DNA from: a virus
Lineage: Duplodnaviria > Caudoviricetes
Length of the DNA: 64,000 nucleotides
Virus record (IMG/VR): IMGVR_UViG_3300037247_001786
Span: 320,001 to 384,000 of that record
Reading direction: 5' to 3' (one strand)
Numbering within the stretch: the first letter of the stretch is position 1; each line of letters starts with the position of its first letter. Positions 10,104 to 19,334 of this stretch are shown piece by piece. The position numbers and the translations under genes are program-made. A model generated the notes under the pieces. That model ran no database searches and was not told the DNA's origin. It was given only the letters and a program-made list of their open reading frames with translations.

Positions 10104-10397
10104 ATGAATTCTCAGAATCAAACGGTTGTGCCTCCAAGTAATGAAGACCAGTATTCTAATACTGATTTTCATATCTCAAATGTTGCCCCTAAAACTATTT
10201 GGGTAGTTCATAGTCCCAAGGGTCCACATTTTTTCTTAACTAAAAGAGATGCAGAAAAACAGTACAAAAAATGGAAAAAAGAGCATCTCTATGATAAAAA
10301 TAAAGATTTTGAGAAAATAAGTAAGCCTCTCAAGTATATTTTAGATCATAGCAAACAAAGAAAATATATAAAAATGAACGGTATAGAAGCAGCTTAA
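10104..10397 (+). CDS. Hypothetical protein
   Basis: GGGAG RBS. Confidence 0.55.
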   Translation: MNSQNQTVVPPSNEDQYSNTDFHISNVAPKTIWVVHSPKGPHFFLTKRDAEKQYKKWKKEHLYDKNKDFEKISKPLKYILDHSKQRKYIKMNGIEAA

Positions 10398-10421
10398 AAC
10401 TATTTATTGAAGTAGAATAAA

Positions 10422-10724
10422 ATGACGAAGAAAAAGTTAAAAGCTATAACGGTACTCACTATTGCTGCAATTATATTGTTAGTAGTACTGGCCTCCACTG
10501 GAGCTATACTCATATTCTCTTTCCCCCTACTTATTCTATTGGGAACAATTCTCGTAGGCTGGGCCCTTAAGTCAGCGGTTGAATGGTTAATAAAACATAT
10601 CGACTATAAAAAAGTTGCGGACAAAACTGTTGAACATTCCAAAAAAGTAGCAGAGAAGATAAGGTTTAAAGAAGGTAAAAAAATAATTATAGAAAGCATA
10701 GACGAATTAAGGAATAAGAAATGA
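10422..10724 (+). CDS. Hypothetical membrane protein
   Basis: Long N-terminal hydrophobic segment. Confidence 0.55.
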   Translation: MTKKKLKAITVLTIAAIILLVVLASTGAILIFSFPLLILLGTILVGWALKSAVEWLIKHIDYKKVADKTVEHSKKVAEKIRFKEGKKIIIESIDELRNKK

Positions 10725-11356
10725 TGTACGAAGATAGAGTAATACAACTATGTTCTGATTATGCGGCAATAGCTCATATGAAACAGTTAAGAAAAGATGG
10801 AAAAACTCCCTATATATCTCACCCAGGCAGAGTATCTTGCTCTACTGCAACTATTGGTAAATTGGATTTTATAGGAGTCTGTGCATCTTGGCTACATGAC
10901 ACTCCCGAAGATTGTGCCGTTGGAAAACACGGCGATAAAGATTATCCATTTATAATCGAAAATCATACTGATAGATACAAAGATATAAGATTGTTCCTAT
11001 TGGATAACCCAGATATTGAAAAAACTGATGGGCAAAAGATTCTTCAATTGACGATGGAACTTTGTATGTCTCAAGATAAGTCCATTCCGAAGTGGATAAG
11101 AAAAGAACAATATATAGATAACATAGCTGGAGGTTCTGTTGATGCGGCAATTATTAAATATTGCGATAGAATCGATAATCTAACTACTTGTCATATCTTT
11201 TCAAAGAGTGGCTTTGCCTTCTATATAAAAGATACTCAAATGCTTCTGGATAAACTTTCTGGAAAAATTAAAGCGACACGCCCCCTCCTACACCTACACT
11301 TGGAACGCAAGTTAGAAGTAGTAACGAAGACATATGAAGAGATGTATAAAAAATAA
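10721..11356 (+). CDS. HD-domain protein, RelA/SpoT hydrolase (Mesh1/SAH)-like
   Basis: H..Q.RKDGKTPYISHP, WLHDTPED, IKYCDRIDNL. Confidence 0.8.
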   Translation: MMYEDRVIQLCSDYAAIAHMKQLRKDGKTPYISHPGRVSCSTATIGKLDFIGVCASWLHDTPEDCAVGKHGDKDYPFIIENHTDRYKDIRLFLLDNPDIEKTDGQKILQLTMELCMSQDKSIPKWIRKEQYIDNIAGGSVDAAIIKYCDRIDNLTTCHIFSKSGFAFYIKDTQMLLDKLSGKIKATRPLLHLHLERKLEVVTKTYEEMYKK

Positions 11357-11366
11357 TATTTTTATA

Positions 11367-11394
11367 TTGAAAGTGATTTTTAAACAGATATAAT
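11367..11394 (+). promoter_or_regulatory. Sigma70-like promoter upstream of membrane module
   Basis: TTGAAA GTGATTTT...TATAAT. Confidence 0.7.
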
Positions 11395-11451
11395 ACTGTT
11401 TTGATGTTAACCGTATATTTTTATTAAATGTAGTAGAAAGGAAAAACACAG

Positions 11452-12135
11452 ATGAAGAAATTTAAATCGATGTTAGTAGTAGGTATGTTGGCAGTAATGA
11501 GCTTTGCTTTTACCGCCGAAGATGTTCTCGCCAGACGTTCAGGAGGCGGCGGCTTTAAATCATCACCAAGGTCGGCTCCAAGGTCGGCTCCAAGGGTTCG
11601 TACAGCACCAAAGGTTCGTAGGGCACCAAAGGCTACGCCAGCCAAGAAGCGAACAACTCAAAAGAGAACAGCTACGGCTCCTAAAAGAACAGCCGCACAG
11701 CAAAAATCTTTTGAGACAGCAAAAAAGAATGGGACTTCTTTTAAAACAAAGTCCGCGGCTTCGACAGCTTTCAAGCAGAAACATTATGCAAAGTATCCTG
11801 CAAAGTATGCATCGAAACCGGCTACACGACCCGCTCATGTTCCACAGTCAACAAGCGTTGGGGGAGTAAACTATAATGTCTCCTATAATGCTGGCTATGG
11901 AGGTTATGGGTATATGGGAGCAGGAGGCAGATGGATGATGTATGATGCGATGACTGATGTTATTATGTTAAATATGCTGATGTCTCGAAATCATTACATC
12001 GTAGATACCGTCGCTCCAGCACCTGTTGTTCGAGTTCGTAGAGCTAACACAGGCAGAACCATATTTATCGTACTCGGATCTATCGTTGCTGTTATTGTTA
12101 TAGGCAGTATCGTTATCGGTCAATCCCGTCAGTAA
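11452..12135 (+). CDS. Exported, membrane-anchored basic low-complexity protein
   Basis: Signal peptide (..EDVLA|RRSGGGGF), PRSA tandem repeats, YGGYGY tract, C-terminal TM. Confidence 0.7.
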   Translation: MKKFKSMLVVGMLAVMSFAFTAEDVLARRSGGGGFKSSPRSAPRSAPRVRTAPKVRRAPKATPAKKRTTQKRTATAPKRTAAQQKSFETAKKNGTSFKTKSAASTAFKQKHYAKYPAKYASKPATRPAHVPQSTSVGGVNYNVSYNAGYGGYGYMGAGGRWMMYDAMTDVIMLNMLMSRNHYIVDTVAPAPVVRVRRANTGRTIFIVLGSIVAVIVIGSIVIGQSRQ

Positions 12136-12154
12136 AAGTTTTAACCCTCCTTGT

Positions 12155-12193
12155 ATAGTAAAGAGGTGGTCGTTCAGATTGCCTCTTTACTAT
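12155..12193 (+). terminator. 13-bp stem-loop, terminator or processing site
   Basis: ATAGTAAAGAGGT / GCCTCTTTACTAT; weak U-tract. Confidence 0.45.
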
Positions 12194-12222
12194 CTATGTA
12201 TAATTATTAAGGCACATGTTTA

Positions 12223-12897
12223 ATGGAAAAAACAAGTAAAAAATATTGGGATAGTATTAAGGTCGGTAGCATCGTCCAACTGGACGACCAACAAACTCTT
12301 GAATTTCTTATAGAGAAAGGGTTTGAGGGTATAGAACATGGAGCAGATTTTGAAGTAAAACGAATTAAAGATATCTCAGAACAAGATAATCTCGCTATAT
12401 GGAGAATTATTTATATTGAATTCAAAGAGATACTATGGTATCTAGTTATCAAAATGATTGACGGAGAGAATCAATTAAGGATATACTATCAACCAGATGA
12501 TTTCGATTGCGGTAATAGAGAAGATATGATTAATAATTATTCTGAATATCTTTTCAAACATATTGAGGATATGGACAATTGCAATTTAAATGATCTAGAA
12601 TTTGCTGATTCCATAATGGATCATGAATTCGAATATACTTCTGAGGGAGTCTTCTACGGAGCTTCTGTCGAAGATGGTAAAGAGGATTTCGCAACTGTTG
12701 TTGAATACGCTACAGATACAGAATGCGAGAATCCTTATCTCTTGGTTTTGGAATTATGTAATGTCGAAACGATTGAACAATACGATGAAGATGACGATGT
12801 CTGCGGTTCAGAGACCGACATCGATTTTAATAACGGTTTTATAATGTTACTACAAGGTTGCGACGTAAACATAAATGATATAGAAGTTTTAAATTAA
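12223..12897 (+). CDS. Acidic hypothetical protein, possibly DUF4178/YjfK-like
   Basis: IKVGSIVQL start, very acidic, next to PspA; family assignment is inference. Confidence 0.45.
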   Translation: MEKTSKKYWDSIKVGSIVQLDDQQTLEFLIEKGFEGIEHGADFEVKRIKDISEQDNLAIWRIIYIEFKEILWYLVIKMIDGENQLRIYYQPDDFDCGNREDMINNYSEYLFKHIEDMDNCNLNDLEFADSIMDHEFEYTSEGVFYGASVEDGKEDFATVVEYATDTECENPYLLVLELCNVETIEQYDEDDDVCGSETDIDFNNGFIMLLQGCDVNINDIEVLN

Positions 12898-12909
12898 GAG
12901 GCAATTAGC

Positions 12910-13119
12910 ATGACTGGTAAAAGACAAGTACAATATGGAATAACGGCTTTAGCATTTTTTTTCAATACTCTTTTAGGTATTGCGGTAATGATTAAGGGTT
13001 GGGGCGTTCAACCAGAAAGTTACGGATGGATATGGGGAGGTGCTTTTACTACTGCTCTTGTTGTGATGTTTACGACTGACTCGATAAAAAAATTATGCGG
13101 AGTTAAAGACGATGAATAA
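12910..13119 (+). CDS. Small 2-TM membrane protein
   Basis: Two hydrophobic helices; KGWG motif shared with next ORF. Confidence 0.6.
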   Translation: MTGKRQVQYGITALAFFFNTLLGIAVMIKGWGVQPESYGWIWGGAFTTALVVMFTTDSIKKLCGVKDDE

Positions 13120-13345
13120 AGAATATTATTCTGGAACTGAAAGTGAGACAGCGAAAGTAATTTTGGGAGTTGTTCTGTTTCTTTTTTCGATTGTATTTAT
13201 CGTTGTTATGCATTTCGTTATTTTTTACAAGGGGTGGGGTCTATCAGTTGTAAGTTGGCCATGGTTGATATTTTTATGGATAATGGCAGGAATAGTGAAT
13301 ATGGTTAAAGACTGGGCTCATAAAGCAGTAAAAAAAATATTATAA
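13112..13345 (+). CDS. Small 2-TM membrane protein
   Basis: Two hydrophobic helices; KGWG..SWPW. Confidence 0.6.
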   Translation: MNKEYYSGTESETAKVILGVVLFLFSIVFIVVMHFVIFYKGWGLSVVSWPWLIFLWIMAGIVNMVKDWAHKAVKKIL

Positions 13346-13364
13346 ATTTAAAAGGAAAAAAGTT

Positions 13365-14033
13365 ATGAAGATTTTTAGCACAATCAAAAACATCGTTAAG
13401 GGTAAAGCGGCAGAGGCAGATGAGTCTCTCAAAAAATCACAAGCGGTCACTCTTGGTAAACAAGCGATTAACGAGTCGGAGACAAAGATAGATGAACATA
13501 GAAAGCGTATCGGCGATTTCTCCGCTAAGATCAAAGTTCAAGAGAAAAATCTTGGGAATGCAGAAGCAGATGTAAAGAAGTGGACAAACATAGCAACTGC
13601 ACAAGCAAAGAACAATAGCGAGTCAGGAGCGAGAACCGCTCTTACTGAAAAGAATAAAGCTGCGTCAAAGGTAACTAGCTTGAAATCGGAGATAGCTAAG
13701 AATACGACTGTTCTCAATGCCGAAAAGACAAGTCTTCAAAAGTTGATAGATAAGGTTGACCAGGCTAAAAACAACTTTGATAATCTCTCCATTCGCAAAG
13801 AAGGAGCAGAGATGAGAAAAAATCAAACTGGCATCGGCGAAGATGACAGTTGTTTCGACGCCTTGGATGATTTGAAAGATCAAGTTGAAGAGTCGGAGGC
13901 TCAAGCGGAAGCCTATGAAGAAATGTCCGAGGTAGGTAACGAGGCTGCTCAGTTGGAAGCAGAGTACGATTCCGGCAATACCGGCGTAGAAGATGAATTG
14001 ACGAAGTTAATGAATAAAAATAACAAAAAGTAA
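13365..14033 (+). CDS. PspA/IM30 family protein
   Basis: 222 aa all-helical coiled coil; MKIFSTIKNIVKGKA start, A..AL.EK, C-terminal VEDELTKLM. Confidence 0.8.
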   Translation: MKIFSTIKNIVKGKAAEADESLKKSQAVTLGKQAINESETKIDEHRKRIGDFSAKIKVQEKNLGNAEADVKKWTNIATAQAKNNSESGARTALTEKNKAASKVTSLKSEIAKNTTVLNAEKTSLQKLIDKVDQAKNNFDNLSIRKEGAEMRKNQTGIGEDDSCFDALDDLKDQVEESEAQAEAYEEMSEVGNEAAQLEAEYDSGNTGVEDELTKLMNKNNKK

Positions 14034-14057
14034 TTAAATATTTTGTAGGATGATATT

Positions 14058-14201
14058 ATGGAATTTGGTCAATGTGACGATTGCGGGGGAACGATGGTAG
14101 GCGATGGTTATTCTCAAGTATTACATTGTGAGTTTGTTACAGATGACCTGTCGGATCGTGAAGCTGATTCCGGACCCATATTTTGTGGATTTAAAGATTA
14201 A
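14058..14201 (+). CDS. Small Cys-containing protein (47 aa)
   Basis: Manual ORF MEFGQCDDCGGTMVGDGY...HCE...FCGFKD with AGGA RBS. Confidence 0.5.
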   Translation: MEFGQCDDCGGTMVGDGYSQVLHCEFVTDDLSDREADSGPIFCGFKD

Positions 14202-14222
14202 TTTATTTTGTAGGAGAATATT

Positions 14223-14489
14223 ATGCATATTCCAGATGACGGAACACTCGGAGGAAAAGTCCTCTTCGGAGCTATTGTTGCAATAGTTATACTTTGTATT
14301 GATGTCTCAATAACAAATGATATTTATGATTATTGTAAAACTTTTGAGGCTTTTGCGAATGCCCCAGGAATGATACACTTCTTTTCATGGACAGGAATGT
14401 TCTTGGCAGTAGTTAGCGTTGTAGGGGTAATCGTCCAATTAATTTGGGCACTTCTTCTAATAATATTTGCTGCCATCTGCGGCGAATAG
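14223..14489 (+). CDS. Small membrane protein
   Basis: AGGAG RBS, two hydrophobic segments. Confidence 0.6.
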   Translation: MHIPDDGTLGGKVLFGAIVAIVILCIDVSITNDIYDYCKTFEAFANAPGMIHFFSWTGMFLAVVSVVGVIVQLIWALLLIIFAAICGE

Positions 14490-14506
14490 AAAGATATGGT
14501 GATTCT

Positions 14507-15589
14507 ATGTTTAAAGAAATATTAATGAAGAAAAGAATTCTAATATTGACGTTTTTAGTTATTGCAGTCTCAACAACTTTTGGTGAGCCTACAGATACTC
14601 TTCAAATAAAGGTGAAATCTTTTCCTCCTTGCGTCATTATCGAAGACGATGGCACCGTAACAGGCTATGATATTGAAATATGGGAAGCCATCTGTCATGA
14701 GAATAACTGGCAACCCGAATACACGGTCGCCTCCTCTCATAATAATATCTTAAAAGAGTTGGGCGAGAAGAAATTCGATGTTGGTATCGCTGGTTTTACA
14801 AAGACAGAAAGCAGAGAAGAATTAATAGATTTCTCTGATCACTATTTAGATTCTGGTTTAAGAATTCTTACGCTGAAATCTGAACCTGGCATAATAGATA
14901 AGATAGTATCTTTTTGGAACAATATCGATGATACTTTAGCTTTCTATGGCATCTTTTTGATTCTTTTTGCTCATATCGTTTGGGCATTAGAAAGAGATAA
15001 TGACCCCACAAATAATGATGGTAGTTTTGATGATAGTTACTTCGTAGGTATTGCCCAAGCATTATATTATTGCATCGTCACAGCTTCTACAGTCGGATTC
15101 GGAGACTTCACCTGTAAGAAAGCAAGAGGTAAAATATTTACTGTAGTCCTTATCTTTTCAGGTCTCATAGGTTGGAGTAATTTGACGGCTGTTTTATCAT
15201 CGTCTTATACTATTGAGAACCTTTCAGCGATACAGTCCGTTGAAGACTTAAAGGGCAAAACTATCTTGACTCAAGATGGTCCGTCTCTAAAAGTTCTTCA
15301 AGGCATTGGGGCTAATATCAAGTTAGTACCGACAATAGACCAAGCTGTTGATTGGCTTATGTTAGAGAGAGGCGATGCGGTAGTATACGACTCTCCTGTT
15401 ATTTTAGAATATGCAAAGAAGTACCCAGACAAAGTAGAGGTAGTTGGTTACCTGTTTGATAAGCAGTATTATGGTTTCGCTCTTCAAGAGGGAAGTCCGT
15501 TAAGACAAGACGTAAATAAAGCTCTTTTGAAGATTAGAGAGAGTGGTAAATATGATAGTATCCATTTGAAATGGTTTAAGAAGGAGTAG
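14507..15589 (+). CDS. GluR0-like ionotropic receptor: split family-3 solute-binding domain plus K+ channel pore
   Basis: Signal peptide; S1 (FPP..GYDIEIW..DVGIAGFT.T..RE..IDFS..Y); M1; pore helix and filter TASTVGFGD; M2; S2 (SVEDLKGK..DAVVYD..YYGFA..GSPLR..VNKALL.IRESGKY..I..KWF). Start moved from 14444 to ATG 14507. Confidence 0.9.
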   Translation: MFKEILMKKRILILTFLVIAVSTTFGEPTDTLQIKVKSFPPCVIIEDDGTVTGYDIEIWEAICHENNWQPEYTVASSHNNILKELGEKKFDVGIAGFTKTESREELIDFSDHYLDSGLRILTLKSEPGIIDKIVSFWNNIDDTLAFYGIFLILFAHIVWALERDNDPTNNDGSFDDSYFVGIAQALYYCIVTASTVGFGDFTCKKARGKIFTVVLIFSGLIGWSNLTAVLSSSYTIENLSAIQSVEDLKGKTILTQDGPSLKVLQGIGANIKLVPTIDQAVDWLMLERGDAVVYDSPVILEYAKKYPDKVEVVGYLFDKQYYGFALQEGSPLRQDVNKALLKIRESGKYDSIHLKWFKKE

Positions 15590-15592
15590 GTA

Positions 15593-15970
15593 ATGTTAAA
15601 TTTTGATATAGTTCTCGCAAAAGATGTTAAAACAATTGGCTTTCTGGTTTCATATGGTTATCATTACGTTCACTATGTTCCTCTCAGTAAATTGTATTTA
15701 TCGCCTACGTCTGTGATGTTCAAAGATGAGTATCATATTCAAGAAAAGACTTGGTGTGAGAAAAAATATATTTACTGGGACAGACCTTATGACGAAACAA
15801 AGGTTGAAGTTTTTACAAGTTTAACCATTGAGGAAGTCTCTGAAGTCCCAGAGTGGTTAAATAAAACGCCAGAAAAAGCAGAAAAGGAAATAGCGGATTA
15901 TAAAGAAAAACTGCGTAAAAAAACTTGGTTCTATAAAATGTGTCATTGTTTAGGTAAGAAGGAAGAATAA
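15593..15970 (+). CDS. Hypothetical protein
   Basis: AGGAG RBS. Confidence 0.55.
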   Translation: MLNFDIVLAKDVKTIGFLVSYGYHYVHYVPLSKLYLSPTSVMFKDEYHIQEKTWCEKKYIYWDRPYDETKVEVFTSLTIEEVSEVPEWLNKTPEKAEKEIADYKEKLRKKTWFYKMCHCLGKKEE

Positions 15971-15971
15971 T

Positions 15972-16184
15972 ATGTTAGCATGGTTATGTTTGTTAGGTTG
16001 GTTGTTACTGTTCACAGTAGTAACGATAGTATTAGGAGCTTGTCAAGACTGGAGTAACGGTTGGACATCGGCATGGACATCCCTGCCAAGTAAGCCTACT
16101 AATTGGATAGCAACAAATATATTTATTGTTGCGATATGGATCATATCAATAATCCTCAAAGTTGCCATTTGGGGTTGGTTGTAA
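15972..16184 (+). CDS. Small membrane protein
   Basis: Two TM segments. Confidence 0.55.
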   Translation: MLAWLCLLGWLLLFTVVTIVLGACQDWSNGWTSAWTSLPSKPTNWIATNIFIVAIWIISIILKVAIWGWL

Positions 16185-16231
16185 AAGAAGAAAAATAACT
16201 GAAAATTTTTTAACAAAAAGGAAAAAGTAAA

Positions 16232-16492
16232 ATGTACAATTTCGACAATGCAGGCATCAATAAGTTATTAATAATTTTAGCGGCGGTAGTTGTTCTTACC
16301 CTCTTACTTTCAGAAGTAGTTGGTTTTATAATTGTGGTATCTACTCTATGGGCACTCAGCGGTCTGGCTGGTTGGGGTATAGGCAGAATGCAAAACAAAA
16401 TAGATCCCAGTGAAAATCTCTCCAAGGATAGCGTGTTCTATGATCATATCGCTAGGGGACCTATCGCTATATTTCAATATTTGCGAGAATAA
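16232..16492 (+). CDS. Small membrane protein
   Basis: Long hydrophobic segment. Confidence 0.55.
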   Translation: MYNFDNAGINKLLIILAAVVVLTLLLSEVVGFIIVVSTLWALSGLAGWGIGRMQNKIDPSENLSKDSVFYDHIARGPIAIFQYLRE

Positions 16493-16495
16493 CAC

Positions 16496-16523
16496 TTGAA
16501 AGTGATTTTTTAATTGGTACAAT
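16496..16523 (+). promoter_or_regulatory. Sigma70-like promoter
   Basis: TTGAAA GTGATTTT...TACAAT. Confidence 0.65.
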
Positions 16524-16551
16524 TAGTAAAGTTAAAGCAAGAAAGGGCTTT

Positions 16552-16857
16552 ATGTTCGATAAAAAAATCATAAGAGTATATTACTTAACAAGGGACGAAC
16601 AAGGTAGAGTTGAGCTTTGGGAGTCAAAACCCGTTTTTGTTCATGCCGAAGATGGAAATGGTTTTTTTGTGGATGTAAGAAATCCAGAAAATCAGCTATC
16701 TCTCGATGATCCATTTAATAGAGTTCTCTCTCATAGAGTTCTTGTTTTGAATAGTACTTGTCAAACTGTTATAGTAAATATGACAAAAAAAGGCAGTACT
16801 ATATTGCTCGGCGAAACCTTTTCTTATAAAGAAAGTAAAGAATTATGCAAGATATAG
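16552..16857 (+). CDS. Hypothetical protein
   Basis: First ORF after promoter. Confidence 0.55.
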   Translation: MFDKKIIRVYYLTRDEQGRVELWESKPVFVHAEDGNGFFVDVRNPENQLSLDDPFNRVLSHRVLVLNSTCQTVIVNMTKKGSTILLGETFSYKESKELCKI

Positions 16858-17645
16858 ATACAAAATATGCTAGTAAAGTGGATAAAGTTTTAAAGTCTTT
16901 AATAGTAGTTACGTCACTCGGAGCAGTTCTTTTCTATTTCTATTGTACTTATCAAACCAAATATGCAAAAATAGAAGTTGATGCTCTTGCTGTCGTTACT
17001 GAGGATATAGGCAGCCTCGTCAGGTCTCCATGGGATCAAAAGAAATATATTGACAAATATATCAAAGAAGGCTCTCCCCTATCTACATACAATGAGCCAT
17101 TTGGTTATTCGTATAGTTATTATAAATATGAAGATGATAAAATTATAGTATTGACTAGCGAGAGAGACAGAGCAAGTTGGTCTTTTGCAAGATATATCAG
17201 AGAAGGGCAACAAACTTATATCTATTTAAAAATGGATGAACCTATTTTGGTGTATCATAGTATGTTACCCGATAATTTTATAGATCCAACTCCCAGACGA
17301 TTAGAGAGAAATAGAGAGAACCTAATTTGTCATGAAGGTCAATGGATCGAGTATTTAGACGTTATAGCGGAAAAAAGGAAAAAGGATGTTCGCTCAAAAG
17401 CGAAAGCTGATGCTAAGAGGCTTAAGGCAGAATGGAGAGCCTCTCAAAAGCTTTCAAAAAAGCTTTCTAGGGATATGTCTGAAGAAGATAAGAAGAAACA
17501 AAAAGCCATCGAAGAGAAAGAACGCAAAGAGAAGATGACGGAAGAACAGAAAGAATCTGAACGTTTAGAAAAAGACACCACCTTGATAGATGATAGTCTT
17601 TTATTTCTCGCGGAGAAGAATAATGACGCAAAAATTGATAATTAA
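16845..17645 (+). CDS. Membrane-anchored protein with charged coiled-coil tail
   Basis: N-terminal TM, K/E-rich C-terminus. Confidence 0.6.
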   Translation: MQDIDTKYASKVDKVLKSLIVVTSLGAVLFYFYCTYQTKYAKIEVDALAVVTEDIGSLVRSPWDQKKYIDKYIKEGSPLSTYNEPFGYSYSYYKYEDDKIIVLTSERDRASWSFARYIREGQQTYIYLKMDEPILVYHSMLPDNFIDPTPRRLERNRENLICHEGQWIEYLDVIAEKRKKDVRSKAKADAKRLKAEWRASQKLSKKLSRDMSEEDKKKQKAIEEKERKEKMTEEQKESERLEKDTTLIDDSLLFLAEKNNDAKIDN

Positions 17646-17817
17646 ATTACTCATTCAAATTATTAGAAATCAAGTAAGATCTTTGAATAATCAGAGTATC
17701 ATCATCTCGACTTTAGATAGTCGTCCAGCCGCCGATATGGTTCATAAAAATTTAGAGCAAGTAGAGCAGTCAACATTACTGCTCGCTGAGGCGAAAGAAT
17801 TTATTGGAGAAGAATAA
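17623..17817 (+). CDS. Hypothetical protein
   Basis: ATG preceded by GGAG. Confidence 0.45.
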   Translation: MTQKLIIKLLIQIIRNQVRSLNNQSIIISTLDSRPAADMVHKNLEQVEQSTLLLAEAKEFIGEE

Positions 17818-18002
17818 TGGCTGACTATATTTGTTACGCTTGTGACGGATTAGAAGACAACCCCCCAAACTGCATTATCTCTAATTCTGGTTGGGGAAAG
17901 CCAACAATTTGCCCGTATGACGGCACAAGAAATTGTGATTTTAAAGAAAAAAAGGAAATAGTATTATGCCAACATCAAACGATAAGTTGCCAGAAGAGAT
18001 AA
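17817..18002 (+). CDS. Small Cys-rich protein
   Basis: CYAC...C...CP...C. Confidence 0.45.
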   Translation: MADYICYACDGLEDNPPNCIISNSGWGKPTICPYDGTRNCDFKEKKEIVLCQHQTISCQKR

Positions 18003-18148
18003 CAGCGGAACTCGAAAAGTAATGACTGTCACGATAATACTAATAACGCTTGGTACTCTAAATCTTATTTTAGGCGTATTTAATTTTATAGCAAATAGAA
18101 AAGTTTTGGCAGAAGAGATAAAACAAAATAAAAGATTGAGAATAGATA

Positions 18149-18592
18149 ATGAATAAATATGACTACTATAATTTGATACAGAGAGTATACACTCAAGGTA
18201 TAACTAAAGAGGGGCTTACTCCAAATCTTCTTGACGAAATAAGAAATGTTATAGAAGCAGATAAAATAAATGTTAACTGCGTATTTGGTATAGGCTACTA
18301 TCCAGAATATGAACCAGATGTGCTATGTGTTTTTATCTCTGATATGAAAGTTTGGAAAGAAGAAGGGTGCTGTTCAGATTATTCTACAGATGAAGTTTAC
18401 GAAGCTTTAACTACTATGGGTTTTCGTGAGCAAGAAGATGGTATCTGGGCGACAGGTGATATCGGTTTTGATAAAGAAGATGGGCGAACAATTAGGATCA
18501 ATCAATTGAGTAGAGAAAAAATATACGAAAAATTATCAAACTTAGGATTTCATTACGACGAAAAATTTGAATATTTTATGATGGACGTTTAA
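18149..18592 (+). CDS. Hypothetical protein
   Basis: Co-oriented ORF. Confidence 0.55.
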   Translation: MNKYDYYNLIQRVYTQGITKEGLTPNLLDEIRNVIEADKINVNCVFGIGYYPEYEPDVLCVFISDMKVWKEEGCCSDYSTDEVYEALTTMGFREQEDGIWATGDIGFDKEDGRTIRINQLSREKIYEKLSNLGFHYDEKFEYFMMDV

Positions 18593-18691
18593 ATTTTATC
18601 TTGTAAGTGATTTTTTGATATGCTATCATATTAGTATGAAAACGATGTATCTCATTTTAACAGCTTTGATAGCTATATTGGCAATGGTCGT

Positions 18692-19081
18692 TTGGAATAT
18701 TATAGGGTAATAATGGGAATTAATGGACTTACATTACAACATGCTTGGTGGGTACCTGTAACTATATTTTATTATATTGTATATAGTTGGTTGTCCAAGT
18801 ACCAGAACGACCACGCTCTTGATGGAGACGTATGGTATAAGCAGTTTCAGTTCTGGTTGATGTTCGCTTGGGGGGCTTTGTGTCCTCTCTGGTTAGTTAT
18901 CAGTCGAATATCTAAAAATATAACTTTCGACGGGATGCTATATGACAATATAATGTTTTTAACATTTGTTGGGACAATGGCGGTAATGGGAGCAGGAAGT
19001 AAATTTGAGGCTCATCAGTGGATAGGGGTTGCTTTAATAGTTTTCGGCTCTATATTAATGAGAGTAGAATTGCAAGGGTAA
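18692..19081 (+). CDS. Multi-TM membrane protein
   Basis: About four hydrophobic segments; start uncertain. Confidence 0.6.
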   Translation: MEYYRVIMGINGLTLQHAWWVPVTIFYYIVYSWLSKYQNDHALDGDVWYKQFQFWLMFAWGALCPLWLVISRISKNITFDGMLYDNIMFLTFVGTMAVMGAGSKFEAHQWIGVALIVFGSILMRVELQG

Positions 19082-19124
19082 CGATGATAGTTAGAAAATC
19101 AAAAAAAACTAAAGAGGAGTCAAA

Positions 19125-19322
19125 ATGTTAGCAAGTATATTAATGATGGCTATATCAATAGCCTTATGGAAGGTATTGTTAGGTATAACGATAGTCACTC
19201 TTTTTATCGCTATTTATTTAGAGAATAAAGAAACGGCATCGTATATCCAGATCCCTGTTTGGATTCCTATATGGTTGTTTTGGAATCTTGTAATGTGGCT
19301 TATTTATTTTATAATTAATTAG
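19125..19322 (+). CDS. Small membrane protein
   Basis: GAGGAG RBS, two TM. Confidence 0.55.
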   Translation: MLASILMMAISIALWKVLLGITIVTLFIAIYLENKETASYIQIPVWIPIWLFWNLVMWLIYFIIN

Positions 19323-19334
19323 AAAGACAGTAAA

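Noticed and set aside
11424-11869. Alternative-frame ORFs (11424-, 11504+, 11563-) over the Gly/Arg-rich gene
   Set aside because: Shadows of a low-complexity, higher-GC gene; 11452 has the RBS and signal peptide
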